NCBI GenBank assembly: GCA_043809585.1
Contig: JBDROZ010000041.1
Span: 46,028-66,027, forward strand
Source: Candidatus Eiseniibacteriota bacterium
Lineage (GTDB): Bacteria > Orphanbacterota > Orphanbacteria > Orphanbacterales > Orphanbacteraceae
Direction of reading: 5' to 3'
DNA length: 20,000 nt
Part shown: positions 1 through 8,234 of the stretch, piece by piece
How the letters are laid out: the number at the start of each line of letters is the position of its first letter
Position numbering within the stretch: position 1 is the stretch's first letter
The notes under the pieces: model-generated
The model's database searches: none
What the model saw: the letters and a program-made list of their open reading frames with translations, nothing else
What the model was told of the DNA's origin: nothing
Program-made: the position numbers and the translations under genes

Positions 1-674
1 AGAGGCTGGGTCCGCTTCCGGTGCTCCCGGTTCTTCTCGACCTTTTCCTCGATGACGTCTCGGTCCGCCGGCTCGAGGGCGAAGCGGGCCCGCACCACCA
101 CCGCCCCCTCGGGCAGACGGATCGCACGGTACTCGGCCTCGATCGCCTCCCGGCCGAGACGAATCCCCCGGCCCTGCCCGTCGAGGAGATCGATCCCCTC
201 GAGGCGGTTCGCGAAGGAGTCGCCGTAGGCCCCGACGTTCGTCGCCACGCCGCCGCCGACCGTGCCGGGCACGGTGGCGAGGAACTCGAGTCCCGAGAGC
301 GACGCCTGGCGGCTGAGCCGGAGGATCGAGGCGAGGGACTCCCCCGCCATCGCCTCGAGGGTGCGGTCCCCCGCGATCTTCGAACCCGCGAGGTTCCGGG
401 CGAGACGGATGCAGACCCCCCGGAAGCCGCCGTCCCGCACGATCAGGTCCGAGCCGGCGCCGAGGACGAGCTTCGGGATCCCCCCCGCCGCGAGCAGGCG
501 GAGCACGCCCCGCAGTTCTTCCTCCGTTTTCGGAAAAACCATCAGATCCGCCGGACCGCCGACGCCGAGGGTGGCGTGCCTGGCGATCGGCTCGCCCGCG
601 GCGATCCGTCCCTCCACGATGTCGCCCAGTCTCCGCTCCAGCTCTTTCCGTTGCATCATCGCCACCAGAATCAC
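1..674 (-). CDS. murB: UDP-N-acetylenolpyruvoylglucosamine reductase MurB (3' end outside window)
   Basis: Absent from the ORF track; translated by hand: MMQRKELERRLGDIVEGRIAAGEPIARHATLGVGGPADL...LGAGSDLIVRDGGFRG...SGLEFLATVPGTVGGGVATNVGAYG...HRKRTQP. These match the MurB FAD-binding motifs, and the gene follows murC. Start is GTG 674 (GTGA overlap with the murC stop) or ATG 659. Confidence 0.93.
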   Translation of the reverse strand, partial: MILVAMMQRKELERRLGDIVEGRIAAGEPIARHATLGVGGPADLMVFPKTEEELRGVLRLLAAGGIPKLVLGAGSDLIVRDGGFRGVCIRLARNLAGSKIAGDRTLEAMAGESLASILRLSRQASLSGLEFLATVPGTVGGGVATNVGAYGDSFANRLEGIDLLDGQGRGIRLGREAIEAEYRAIRLPEGAVVVRARFALEPADRDVIEEKVEKNREHRKRTQP

Positions 675-2068
675 CCCCGGCCCCCCCCGCCCTCGCGGCG
701 GCCGATCGCCTCGAGAATCGCCTCGCCCGATCGGGACACGTCCCCCGCGCCGAGAGTGACGATCACGTCGCCCTCGGCGCTCTCCGCGGCGACCCGCTCC
801 GCCGCGTCCGACCGTTCACGGATCCACTCCGGATCATCCCCCCCCGCCTCCCGGATCGCCTTCGCGAGCAGCCCCGAATCGACGCCCGGGATCGGCGTCT
901 CGCTCGCCGGGTAGATGTCGAGCAGGAAGAGGCGGTCCGCCCCTTCGAAGGCGGTGCTGAACTCGCCGAGGAGCTTGGAGGTCCTTGTGTACCGGTGGGG
1001 CTGGAAGAGGACCACGACGCGCCTCTCCGGGTAGGCCTGGCGGATGGCCTGAAGAGTCGCCCGGATCTCGGTCGGGTGGTGTCCGTAGTCGTCGATGACC
1101 GTCCGCCCCGATCGCTCCCCTTTGATCTCCAGCCGCCGGTGGATCCCCTCGAAGGCGGCGATCCCCGCGGCGATCTTCTCGAAGGGGGCCCCGACTTCGA
1201 GCCCGACGGCTACGGCGGCCAGCGCGTTCCGCACGTTGTAGAGCCCCGGCACGTGAAGCTCCGCCTCGCCGAGAAGCCCTCCGAAGGCGCGCACCGAGAA
1301 CCGGGTGGTCCGCCCCCGGACCTTCACCTCTTCGGCCCGGAGGTCCGCCTCCCGGTCGATGCCGAAGGTCGTGACCCGCCGGGTGACCCGGGGGAGGAGT
1401 TCCCTCAGAGCCTCGTCGTCGGCGTTCGCCACGGCGACGCCGAAGAAGGGGACCCGGTTCATGAAACGGAGGAAGGCGTCCTTGATCGCGTCGAAGTCCT
1501 CGTAGAAGTCGAGGTGCTCCCTGTCGATGTTCGTCACCACCGCCACGGTGGGCGTCAGCATGAGGAAGGTGCCGTCGCTCTCGTCCGCCTCCGCCACGAG
1601 GAGGTCCCCCCGGCCGAGGCGTGCGTTCGTTCCGAGGGTCTTCAGGCGCCCGCCGACCACGATGGTCGGATCGAACCCCGCCTCGGCGAGGACCAGGGCG
1701 GTGAGCCAGGTCGTGGTCGTCTTGCCGTGGGCGCCGCCGATCGCGATGCCCCGCTTCAGCCGCATCAGTTCGGCGAGCATCTCCGCCCGGGGGATGACGG
1801 GCACGCCCGACTTGTGGGCGAGGCGGATCTCCGGATTGGCGGCGCCGATCGCCGAGGAGACGACGGCCACGTCGGCGGCGGCGACGAGCCTTCCGCCGTG
1901 CCCCTCCGCGATCTCCGCGCCGAGGGAGACGAGGCGGTCGGTCACCTCCGTGAGCTTCGTGTCCGAACCGGTCACCTCGAGACCGAGGTTGATGAGGATC
2001 TCGGCGATGCCGCTCATCCCGGTCCCTCCGATCCCGACCAGGTGGATCCGTTTCACCCGTCCGAACAA
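671..2068 (-). CDS. murC: UDP-N-acetylmuramate--L-alanine ligase MurC
   Basis: IHLVGIGGTGMSGIA, GAHGKTTTT P-loop, EADESDG, DDYGHHPTEI and FQPHRYTRT motifs; TTG start. Confidence 0.97.
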   Translation of the reverse strand: MFGRVKRIHLVGIGGTGMSGIAEILINLGLEVTGSDTKLTEVTDRLVSLGAEIAEGHGGRLVAAADVAVVSSAIGAANPEIRLAHKSGVPVIPRAEMLAELMRLKRGIAIGGAHGKTTTTWLTALVLAEAGFDPTIVVGGRLKTLGTNARLGRGDLLVAEADESDGTFLMLTPTVAVVTNIDREHLDFYEDFDAIKDAFLRFMNRVPFFGVAVANADDEALRELLPRVTRRVTTFGIDREADLRAEEVKVRGRTTRFSVRAFGGLLGEAELHVPGLYNVRNALAAVAVGLEVGAPFEKIAAGIAAFEGIHRRLEIKGERSGRTVIDDYGHHPTEIRATLQAIRQAYPERRVVVLFQPHRYTRTSKLLGEFSTAFEGADRLFLLDIYPASETPIPGVDSGLLAKAIREAGGDDPEWIRERSDAAERVAAESAEGDVIVTLGAGDVSRSGEAILEAIGRREGGGGRG

Positions 2069-2071
2069 CTC

Positions 2072-3175
2072 CTAAGCCCCTTTCCCGCCGGCCACCGCCA
2101 TGATCTCGCCGGCGATCCGTTCCGCCGCGTCCGGCCGCCCCAGCTCTCGGGCCTTCCGGGCCATCGCCGCGCGGCGTTCGCCGTCGGCGAGCAGTTCCTT
2201 CATCGCGCCGAGGAGGATCCCGGGCGACAGGTCTTTCTCTTCCAAGGCGAGGGCCGCCCCGTGGCCGGCGAGGACCCGGGCGTTCCTCGACTGGTGCCGG
2301 TCCGTCGCCGCCGGGAAGGGGACGAGGATCGACGGGAGGCCGAGGGCCGTGATCTCGGCGAGAGTGGACGCGCCGGCGCGGCAAACGACGAGGTCCGCCA
2401 CGCCGTACGCGTCACCCATTTCGGTGAGGAAGGGAACGGGACGGACGAGAGGCGCGACCCGGCCGCAGGATTCCCGGATCGTCCCGATGTCCGTCTCGCC
2501 GGTCTGAAAGAGAACTTGCACTCCGTCCCCCCCTTCGTCCCACCGCTCGAGCGCCTCCCGGACGACGGCGTTCATCGTCCGGGCCCCCTGGCTGCCGCCG
2601 ATCACGAGAATCGTGAGCCGGTTTTCGCGGAGCCCCCACCGGCGGAGGGCCCGCTCCCGATCGCCCTCGAAAATCTCCCGGCGGACCGGGTTGCCCGTGA
2701 GGACCGCGTCGGTCTTCGCCGGCAGCCCCGCCCGCGCATCGTCGTAGGCGAGAAAGACCCGCTTCGCCACCCGGGCGTTCCAGCGCGTGGCGATCCCCGC
2801 CACCGTGTTCTGCTCCGCCGCGAAGACCGGACGGCCGAGGAGCCTCGCGGCGAGGGCGACGGGCGTGCTCGCGTAGCCGCCCACGGCGACCACCGCCGCC
2901 GGCCGGAACCGGGCGACGAGGAGGAGGGAGCGGAGAACGGACAGGCCGAAACGGAGGAAGAAGCCCGGCATGCGGAGCCGGCTCCCCCGGGGCATGCCCC
3001 GGACCGGGATGGACCGCCACGGCACGCCCGCGCGCTCGAGCATCGCGCTCCCCCTCGTCCCGCCGAGCACGAAGAGAGGCTCGAGGGCGGGCGCCTTCGC
3101 GCGCATCGCTTCGATCACCGCCACGGCGGGGAAGATGTGGCCGCCCGTTCCGCCTCCGGCGAAAATCACCTTCAT
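2072..3175 (-). CDS. murG: Lipid II N-acetylglucosaminyltransferase MurG
   Basis: MKVIFAGGGTGGHIFPA, GGYAS, EQN, GNPVR, GGSQGA and RAGAST motifs. True start is ATG 3175 (ATGA overlap with the ftsW stop); the ORF-track N-terminal extension is an out-of-frame reading of ftsW. Confidence 0.97.
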   Translation of the reverse strand: MKVIFAGGGTGGHIFPAVAVIEAMRAKAPALEPLFVLGGTRGSAMLERAGVPWRSIPVRGMPRGSRLRMPGFFLRFGLSVLRSLLLVARFRPAAVVAVGGYASTPVALAARLLGRPVFAAEQNTVAGIATRWNARVAKRVFLAYDDARAGLPAKTDAVLTGNPVRREIFEGDRERALRRWGLRENRLTILVIGGSQGARTMNAVVREALERWDEGGDGVQVLFQTGETDIGTIRESCGRVAPLVRPVPFLTEMGDAYGVADLVVCRAGASTLAEITALGLPSILVPFPAATDRHQSRNARVLAGHGAALALEEKDLSPGILLGAMKELLADGERRAAMARKARELGRPDAAERIAGEIMAVAGGKGA

Positions 3176-4359
3176 GAACTCCTCGCCCGGCCGAGCCGGT
3201 CCACCGCCTGGCCGGCGGTCGCGAAGGAACGCCGGTACCCCTTGCGGGAAATGTTCAAGAGCACGCCCGCACCGAAGAGGGCGACGAAAAGCGACGATCC
3301 GCCGTAGCTGACGAAGGGGAGGGGGACGCCCGTGGTCGGCACGGCGTCGGTGACGACGGCGACGTTCAGCATGGCGTAGAGCATCACGAGCAGCGTGATT
3401 CCGGCGGCCAGGAGCCGCCCCTCCACGTCCGGCGCGTTCGCGGCGATCCGGGCCCCCCTCCACCCGAACACGAGGAAGAGGACCATCACGCCGCCGGCGC
3501 CGACGAACCCGAGTTCCTCCCCGACGATGCCCAGGACGAAGTCGGTGTGCGAGTCGGGAAGGAAGAAGTACTTCTGCTTCGAGTTCCCGAATCCCCCCCC
3601 CGAGAGACCGCCGGAACCGAGGGCGATGAGGGACTGGTCGGTCTGGTAATCGGTGGCCCGCAGGTCGCTCCGCCCGTCGACCCATTCGATCACCCGGTTC
3701 CACTGGTACGGGTTGGAGCGCACCGAGGCGAACGCCGTGAGACCGAAGATCAGGCCGATGAGAAACAGGTAGCGGAACCGCACGCCCCCCACGAAGAGGA
3801 GGAGCGAGGCGAGCATCGATACGTGGAGCACGCCCGAGAGGTTCTTCTCGAGGGCGATGAGGACCACGATGACGCCGAGCACGACCACGGCGGGGAAGAC
3901 GCCCCGGGCGAAGCTCCGCGCCTCGTTCCTCTTCCGGGAGAGGAAGTCGGCGAGATAGAGGACGAGCAGGAGTTTGGAGAGCTCGCTCGGCTGGAACGAC
4001 AGAGGGCCGAGGCGGAGCCAGCGCCGGCTCCCTCGGATCGCGTCCTCGGGCCCGACCACGAGGACGAGGGCCAGGAGAACGATGCCGGTCAGCACGAGAG
4101 GCCGGGAGTACCGGGTCAGGATGCGATAGTCCGCGCGGTAGGCGATGAAGAACCCGGCGAGCGCGAAGAGGACGCGAATGCCGTGGCGCTGCAGGAAGAA
4201 GGTCGAGCTCCGATAGATTTCGGCGGCCCGGAAGGAGCTCGCGCTGTACACCATCACCACGCCGATGCCGACGAGCAGGAGAACCGCCATGAGGAGCCAG
4301 CGGTCCGGGCCGGTCCGTTCGCCCGAGAACCCGTCCGTCGTTTTCGCTCTAGTCGTCAT
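3172..4359 (-). CDS. ftsW: SEDS peptidoglycan glycosyltransferase FtsW
   Basis: Multi-pass hydrophobic protein with RRWL, FQPSELSK, LPDSHTDF, GEELGF and LPFVSYGGSS; lies between murD and murG. Confidence 0.96.
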   Translation of the reverse strand: MTTRAKTTDGFSGERTGPDRWLLMAVLLLVGIGVVMVYSASSFRAAEIYRSSTFFLQRHGIRVLFALAGFFIAYRADYRILTRYSRPLVLTGIVLLALVLVVGPEDAIRGSRRWLRLGPLSFQPSELSKLLLVLYLADFLSRKRNEARSFARGVFPAVVVLGVIVVLIALEKNLSGVLHVSMLASLLLFVGGVRFRYLFLIGLIFGLTAFASVRSNPYQWNRVIEWVDGRSDLRATDYQTDQSLIALGSGGLSGGGFGNSKQKYFFLPDSHTDFVLGIVGEELGFVGAGGVMVLFLVFGWRGARIAANAPDVEGRLLAAGITLLVMLYAMLNVAVVTDAVPTTGVPLPFVSYGGSSLFVALFGAGVLLNISRKGYRRSFATAGQAVDRLGRARSS

Positions 4360-5725
4360 GTTTTTCCCGTTCCACCAGGTTCCGGACCGCCTCCTTGAAG
4401 AGGCGGCCCCGCTCTTCGAAGTCCCGAAACATGTCGAAGCTCGTGCAGCCGGGCGAGAGGAGCACGATCTCCCCCTTCCGGGCGAGCCGGTAGGCGAGCA
4501 TCGTCGCCTGCTCGAGAGAGTTCGCGTAGTAGCGCTCCCCCGTGTCGTGGAACACCTCGTCGAGGAGCTTCCGCGCCTCCCCGATCAGCACCATGGCCCG
4601 CACATGGATCGACACGAGATCCCGAAGCCGCTCGAAGGTCGGCTTCTTCGGGCGCCCGCCGGCGATCCAGACGATGGGCGTGTCGAAGCTCTGCAGCGCG
4701 TAATGCACCGAATCCACGTTCGTCGCCTTCGAATCGTTGACGAAGGTGATGCCGCTCAAAACCGCCACCTTCTCGAGACGGTGCTCGAGGCCGGCGAACT
4801 CCCGGAGCGTCTCCCGGATCACGGCGTTCGGCACGCCGAGGACCTTCGCCGCCGCCGTCGCGGCGAGGGCGTTGATCCGGTTGTGGGGCCCGGGGATCGT
4901 GATGTCCCGCTCGAGTCCGACCAGTTCCTCCCCCGCCAGGGTGGAGATGATCTCGCCGAAACGGAGGTAGACGCCGGGAAGGCGGCCGAAGACCTCCTTG
5001 CTCACCCAGACGGTGCCGGGCTTCTCGTTCCGTTTCAGGCTCCGGCAGGCCGGATCGTCGTAACAGAGAACGGCGTGGTCCGTCTCTTCCTGGTTTTCGA
5101 AGATCCGCGCTTTCAACCGGGCGTACTCCTCGAAAGTGCCGTGACGGTCGAGGTGGTCTTCGGTGATGTTCAGGAGCACCGCCACCTTCGGCCGGAAGGT
5201 CCGGATCGTCTCGAGCTGGAAGCTCGAGATCTCCGCCACCACCCAGTCGTAGTCGCGCCACGGCCCGACGGCGTCGGAGAGGGGGCGGCCGATGTTCCCC
5301 GCCACCGCCGTTCGGCGGCCGTCCCTCTTCAAGATCTCCCCGATCAGGGTCGTGGTGGTCGACTTGCCGTTCGTCCCCGTCACGGCGACGAAGGAACAGT
5401 CGGCGGCCCGGAAGGCGAGCTCGATCTCGGAGATCACTTCGAGACCCTTCTCCGCCGCCGCCCGCGCCAACGGGTGGGCGAGGGTAACGCCCGGGCTCAC
5501 GACCACTTTGTCCACCCCTTCCAGGATCGACGGGTCCGGATCGCCGAAGACGAACCGGGCCCCCTCCCCCTCCCACTCCGCGATCTTCTCCGCCCACTCG
5601 GCGGAGGGCCCTTTCCCGTCGTGGCCGATCGGTGACGAGCCGAGGCGAAGAAGCAGGTCCACCGCCGCCCGGCCGCTCCGGGCCATGCCGATCACCAGGT
5701 ACTTCTCGTTCTTCCAATCGGTCAT
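4349..5725 (-). CDS. murD: UDP-N-acetylmuramoyl-L-alanine--D-glutamate ligase MurD
   Basis: IGMARSG, VSPGV, GTNGKSTTT, EISSFQLE, DHLDRH, NDSKATN and LLSPGCTSFDMF motifs. ATG 5725 overlaps the mraY TGA. Confidence 0.97.
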   Translation of the reverse strand: MTDWKNEKYLVIGMARSGRAAVDLLLRLGSSPIGHDGKGPSAEWAEKIAEWEGEGARFVFGDPDPSILEGVDKVVVSPGVTLAHPLARAAAEKGLEVISEIELAFRAADCSFVAVTGTNGKSTTTTLIGEILKRDGRRTAVAGNIGRPLSDAVGPWRDYDWVVAEISSFQLETIRTFRPKVAVLLNITEDHLDRHGTFEEYARLKARIFENQEETDHAVLCYDDPACRSLKRNEKPGTVWVSKEVFGRLPGVYLRFGEIISTLAGEELVGLERDITIPGPHNRINALAATAAAKVLGVPNAVIRETLREFAGLEHRLEKVAVLSGITFVNDSKATNVDSVHYALQSFDTPIVWIAGGRPKKPTFERLRDLVSIHVRAMVLIGEARKLLDEVFHDTGERYYANSLEQATMLAYRLARKGEIVLLSPGCTSFDMFRDFEERGRLFKEAVRNLVEREKHDD

Positions 5726-6807
5726 CGCAGCTTCAGCGTGCTCAAGGAGAGCAGGGCGAAAAGAATTCCGATGATCCAGAAGCGCACCACCACCCGCTGC
5801 TCGGGCCAGCCGGACATCTCGAAGTGATGGTGGATGGGCGCCATGCGGAAGACCCGCTTTCCCCTTCGCTTGAAGGAGAGGACCTGGATCACCACCGAGA
5901 GAACTTCGATCACGAACACCCCGCCCACGAGGGCGAGGAGGAACTCCATCTTGATGAAGACCGCCACCGCGGCGAGGGCGCCCCCGAGGGCGAGGGAACG
6001 GGTGTCCCACATGAAGACCTGGGCCGGGTTGGGGTTGAAGCAGAGGAAGCCGAGGGCGGCCCCCGCGAGGGCGGCGCAGAAGACGGTCAGCTCGCCGACG
6101 CCGGCGAGGAAGGGGATGTTCAGGTACTCCGCGAATTTCGCGTTGCCCGTCAGGTACGCCATGCCGGCGAAAGTGAACGCCGCGAGGGCGACGAGCCCGA
6201 TGGCGAGCCCGTCGAGGCCGTCGGTCAGGTTCACGCCGTTCGAGAAACCGGCGATGACGAGGACGACGAACGGCACATAGAGGAAACGGAAATCCACGAC
6301 CGCGTTCTTGAAGAAGGGGACCGTCGTCTTCGTGGCCCACTCCGTTTCCGGGGCGTAGACCGTGAGGATCACGCCGAGCACGAGACCGAGGAAGATCTGG
6401 CCCGCCAGCTTGTACCGGCCCACGAGCCCCCGGGGGAACTTCTTCACCACTTTGAGGTAGTCGTCGAGGAGGCCGATCGCCCCGAGCCAGATGGTGGTGG
6501 CGAGGATCATCTGAATGTACCGGTTCGTGATGTCCGCCCAGAGAAGAGTCGGCACCAGGAGGGAGAGGAGAACGAGAATGCCCCCCATGGTCGGCGTCCC
6601 CTGCTTGGCCCGGTGCGTTTCGGGCTGGAGATCGGACCCGACCTCCACGAACTGCTTCCGCCGGAGCCGGCGGATGATGCACGGCCCGAGGAGAAAGCTG
6701 AGAAGCAGCGCGGTGACCGCCGCGTAGGCGCCCCGAAAGGTGATGTACCGGAAGACATTGAAGAACGAGACCGATTCGCTGAGCGGGAAGAGAAGCAGAT
6801 AGAGCAT
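5722..6807 (-). CDS. mraY: Phospho-N-acetylmuramoyl-pentapeptide transferase MraY
   Basis: YITFR, KQGTPTMGG, DDYLK, NLTDGLDGL and MAPIHHHFE motifs. ATG 6807 shares a base with the murF TGA (TGATG). The FMGDTGS motif reads FMWDTRS (see findings). Confidence 0.96.
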   Translation of the reverse strand: MLYLLLFPLSESVSFFNVFRYITFRGAYAAVTALLLSFLLGPCIIRRLRRKQFVEVGSDLQPETHRAKQGTPTMGGILVLLSLLVPTLLWADITNRYIQMILATTIWLGAIGLLDDYLKVVKKFPRGLVGRYKLAGQIFLGLVLGVILTVYAPETEWATKTTVPFFKNAVVDFRFLYVPFVVLVIAGFSNGVNLTDGLDGLAIGLVALAAFTFAGMAYLTGNAKFAEYLNIPFLAGVGELTVFCAALAGAALGFLCFNPNPAQVFMWDTRSLALGGALAAVAVFIKMEFLLALVGGVFVIEVLSVVIQVLSFKRRGKRVFRMAPIHHHFEMSGWPEQRVVVRFWIIGILFALLSLSTLKLR

Positions 6808-8234
6808 CAGACGCCTCCTCCCGTCGGAGCGCCGGCGAGACGGCTGCGGACATCGTCCAAGATCTCCTCCATCTTCATCCCCCGGGAACCCTTCTCCACG
6901 AGACAGTCGCCGGGCGCGAGGTCGCCGGCGATCCTCCCGCCGAGTCCGGTCCTGTCGGCGCCGGCGGTGAAGATCCGGTCCCGGGGGAGACCGCGGGAGA
7001 CCGCCTCCTCGGCGGTCCACCGGGTCCGCTCGCCCGCGAGCCAGAGCCTGTCGAGCATCGCCTCCGCGACGGCCCGGCCGACGGCGCGGTGGTCCTCCTC
7101 TTCCCGGGGGCCGAGCTCGAGCATGTCGCCGAAAAGGAGGGCCCGGCGGCCTTCGATGGCGGCCTTTTCGAGAAAGCGGACCGCACCGAGAGTGGAAGCG
7201 AGATTCGCGTTGTACGTGTCGTCCACGAGAAGAACGCCGCCGACCCGCTCCGGCCGGAACCGCCCCGGCGCCGGTTCGAATGTCGCGAGCCCCCGGGCGA
7301 TCACGTCCGGCGGCACTCCTTCGCCGAGGGCGACGGCGAGGGCGGCGACCAGATTCGCGAGATGGTGCTCCCCCCAGAGAGAAGCCCGAAAGGAACCGGC
7401 CCCCTCGATCTCGACCTCCACGCCGCGGAGGTTCCACGGATCGCGGCGGGCCGGGCGGATCTCGTTCGACCCGCCCAGCCCATACGTACGGAAGGGAGCG
7501 CCGCGACGCCGCGCCGCGTTCATCAGCGCGGCGTCGTCGCCGTTCACCCAGATCCGTCCGCCCGGCGCCACGTGGTCGATGAGGACGGTCTTTTCGTCCG
7601 CCACCTTCTCCACCGTGCCGAGCCCCTCGAGGTGCGCCCCGTGGGCGTTCGTGAAGACCGCCCCCCCGGGGGCCGCCAGGGCGCCGAGAACGTCCATCTC
7701 TCCCGGCGCGCTGATGCCGAGCTCGATCACCGCGAATCGGTGCTCGGGCCCGAGACCGAGAAGAGTGAGGGCGACGCCGCAGAAGGTATTGTAGTTTCCC
7801 TTCGTCGCGAGGGTCGGTCCGTGGGCGGCGAAGATCGCCGCGAGCAGGTCCTTGGTCGTCGTCTTCCCGTTCGAGCCGGTCACGGCGATGAGGAGCGGAT
7901 CGTAGCGGCGCCGGTGATGGCGGGCGAGGGCGAGCAGCGCCCCCGCCGGATCGTCCACGGCGATGATCCGCTGGAGGGGAAGCCCGCCGGGCAGCTCTCC
8001 GATCCGGTCCTTCCGAACCACGGCGAGGGAAGCGCCCTCGCGAAACGCGCCCTCCAGGAAACGGTGGCCGTCGGTCCGCTCCCCGGCGAGGGCGAAGAAG
8101 ATCTCCCCCTCCCGGAGAAGGCGGCTGTCGATGCACGCCGCCGGCCCGCCCGCGGCCCCCGGCCCCCCCGTCGCGGCGAGGGTCTCGCCCGAGAGGATGC
8201 GCACGAGTTCACCGGCCGAGTAGGCGCCGCTCAC
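6807..8234 (-). CDS. murF: UDP-N-acetylmuramoyl-tripeptide--D-Ala-D-Ala ligase MurF
   Basis: IDSR, GERTDGHRF, AVTGSNGKTTTKD, AHLEG, DDTYNAN, GDMLELG and KGSR motifs. GTG 8234 overlaps the murE TGA. Confidence 0.95.
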   Translation of the reverse strand: MSGAYSAGELVRILSGETLAATGGPGAAGGPAACIDSRLLREGEIFFALAGERTDGHRFLEGAFREGASLAVVRKDRIGELPGGLPLQRIIAVDDPAGALLALARHHRRRYDPLLIAVTGSNGKTTTKDLLAAIFAAHGPTLATKGNYNTFCGVALTLLGLGPEHRFAVIELGISAPGEMDVLGALAAPGGAVFTNAHGAHLEGLGTVEKVADEKTVLIDHVAPGGRIWVNGDDAALMNAARRRGAPFRTYGLGGSNEIRPARRDPWNLRGVEVEIEGAGSFRASLWGEHHLANLVAALAVALGEGVPPDVIARGLATFEPAPGRFRPERVGGVLLVDDTYNANLASTLGAVRFLEKAAIEGRRALLFGDMLELGPREEEDHRAVGRAVAEAMLDRLWLAGERTRWTAEEAVSRGLPRDRIFTAGADRTGLGGRIAGDLAPGDCLVEKGSRGMKMEEILDDVRSRLAGAPTGGGV

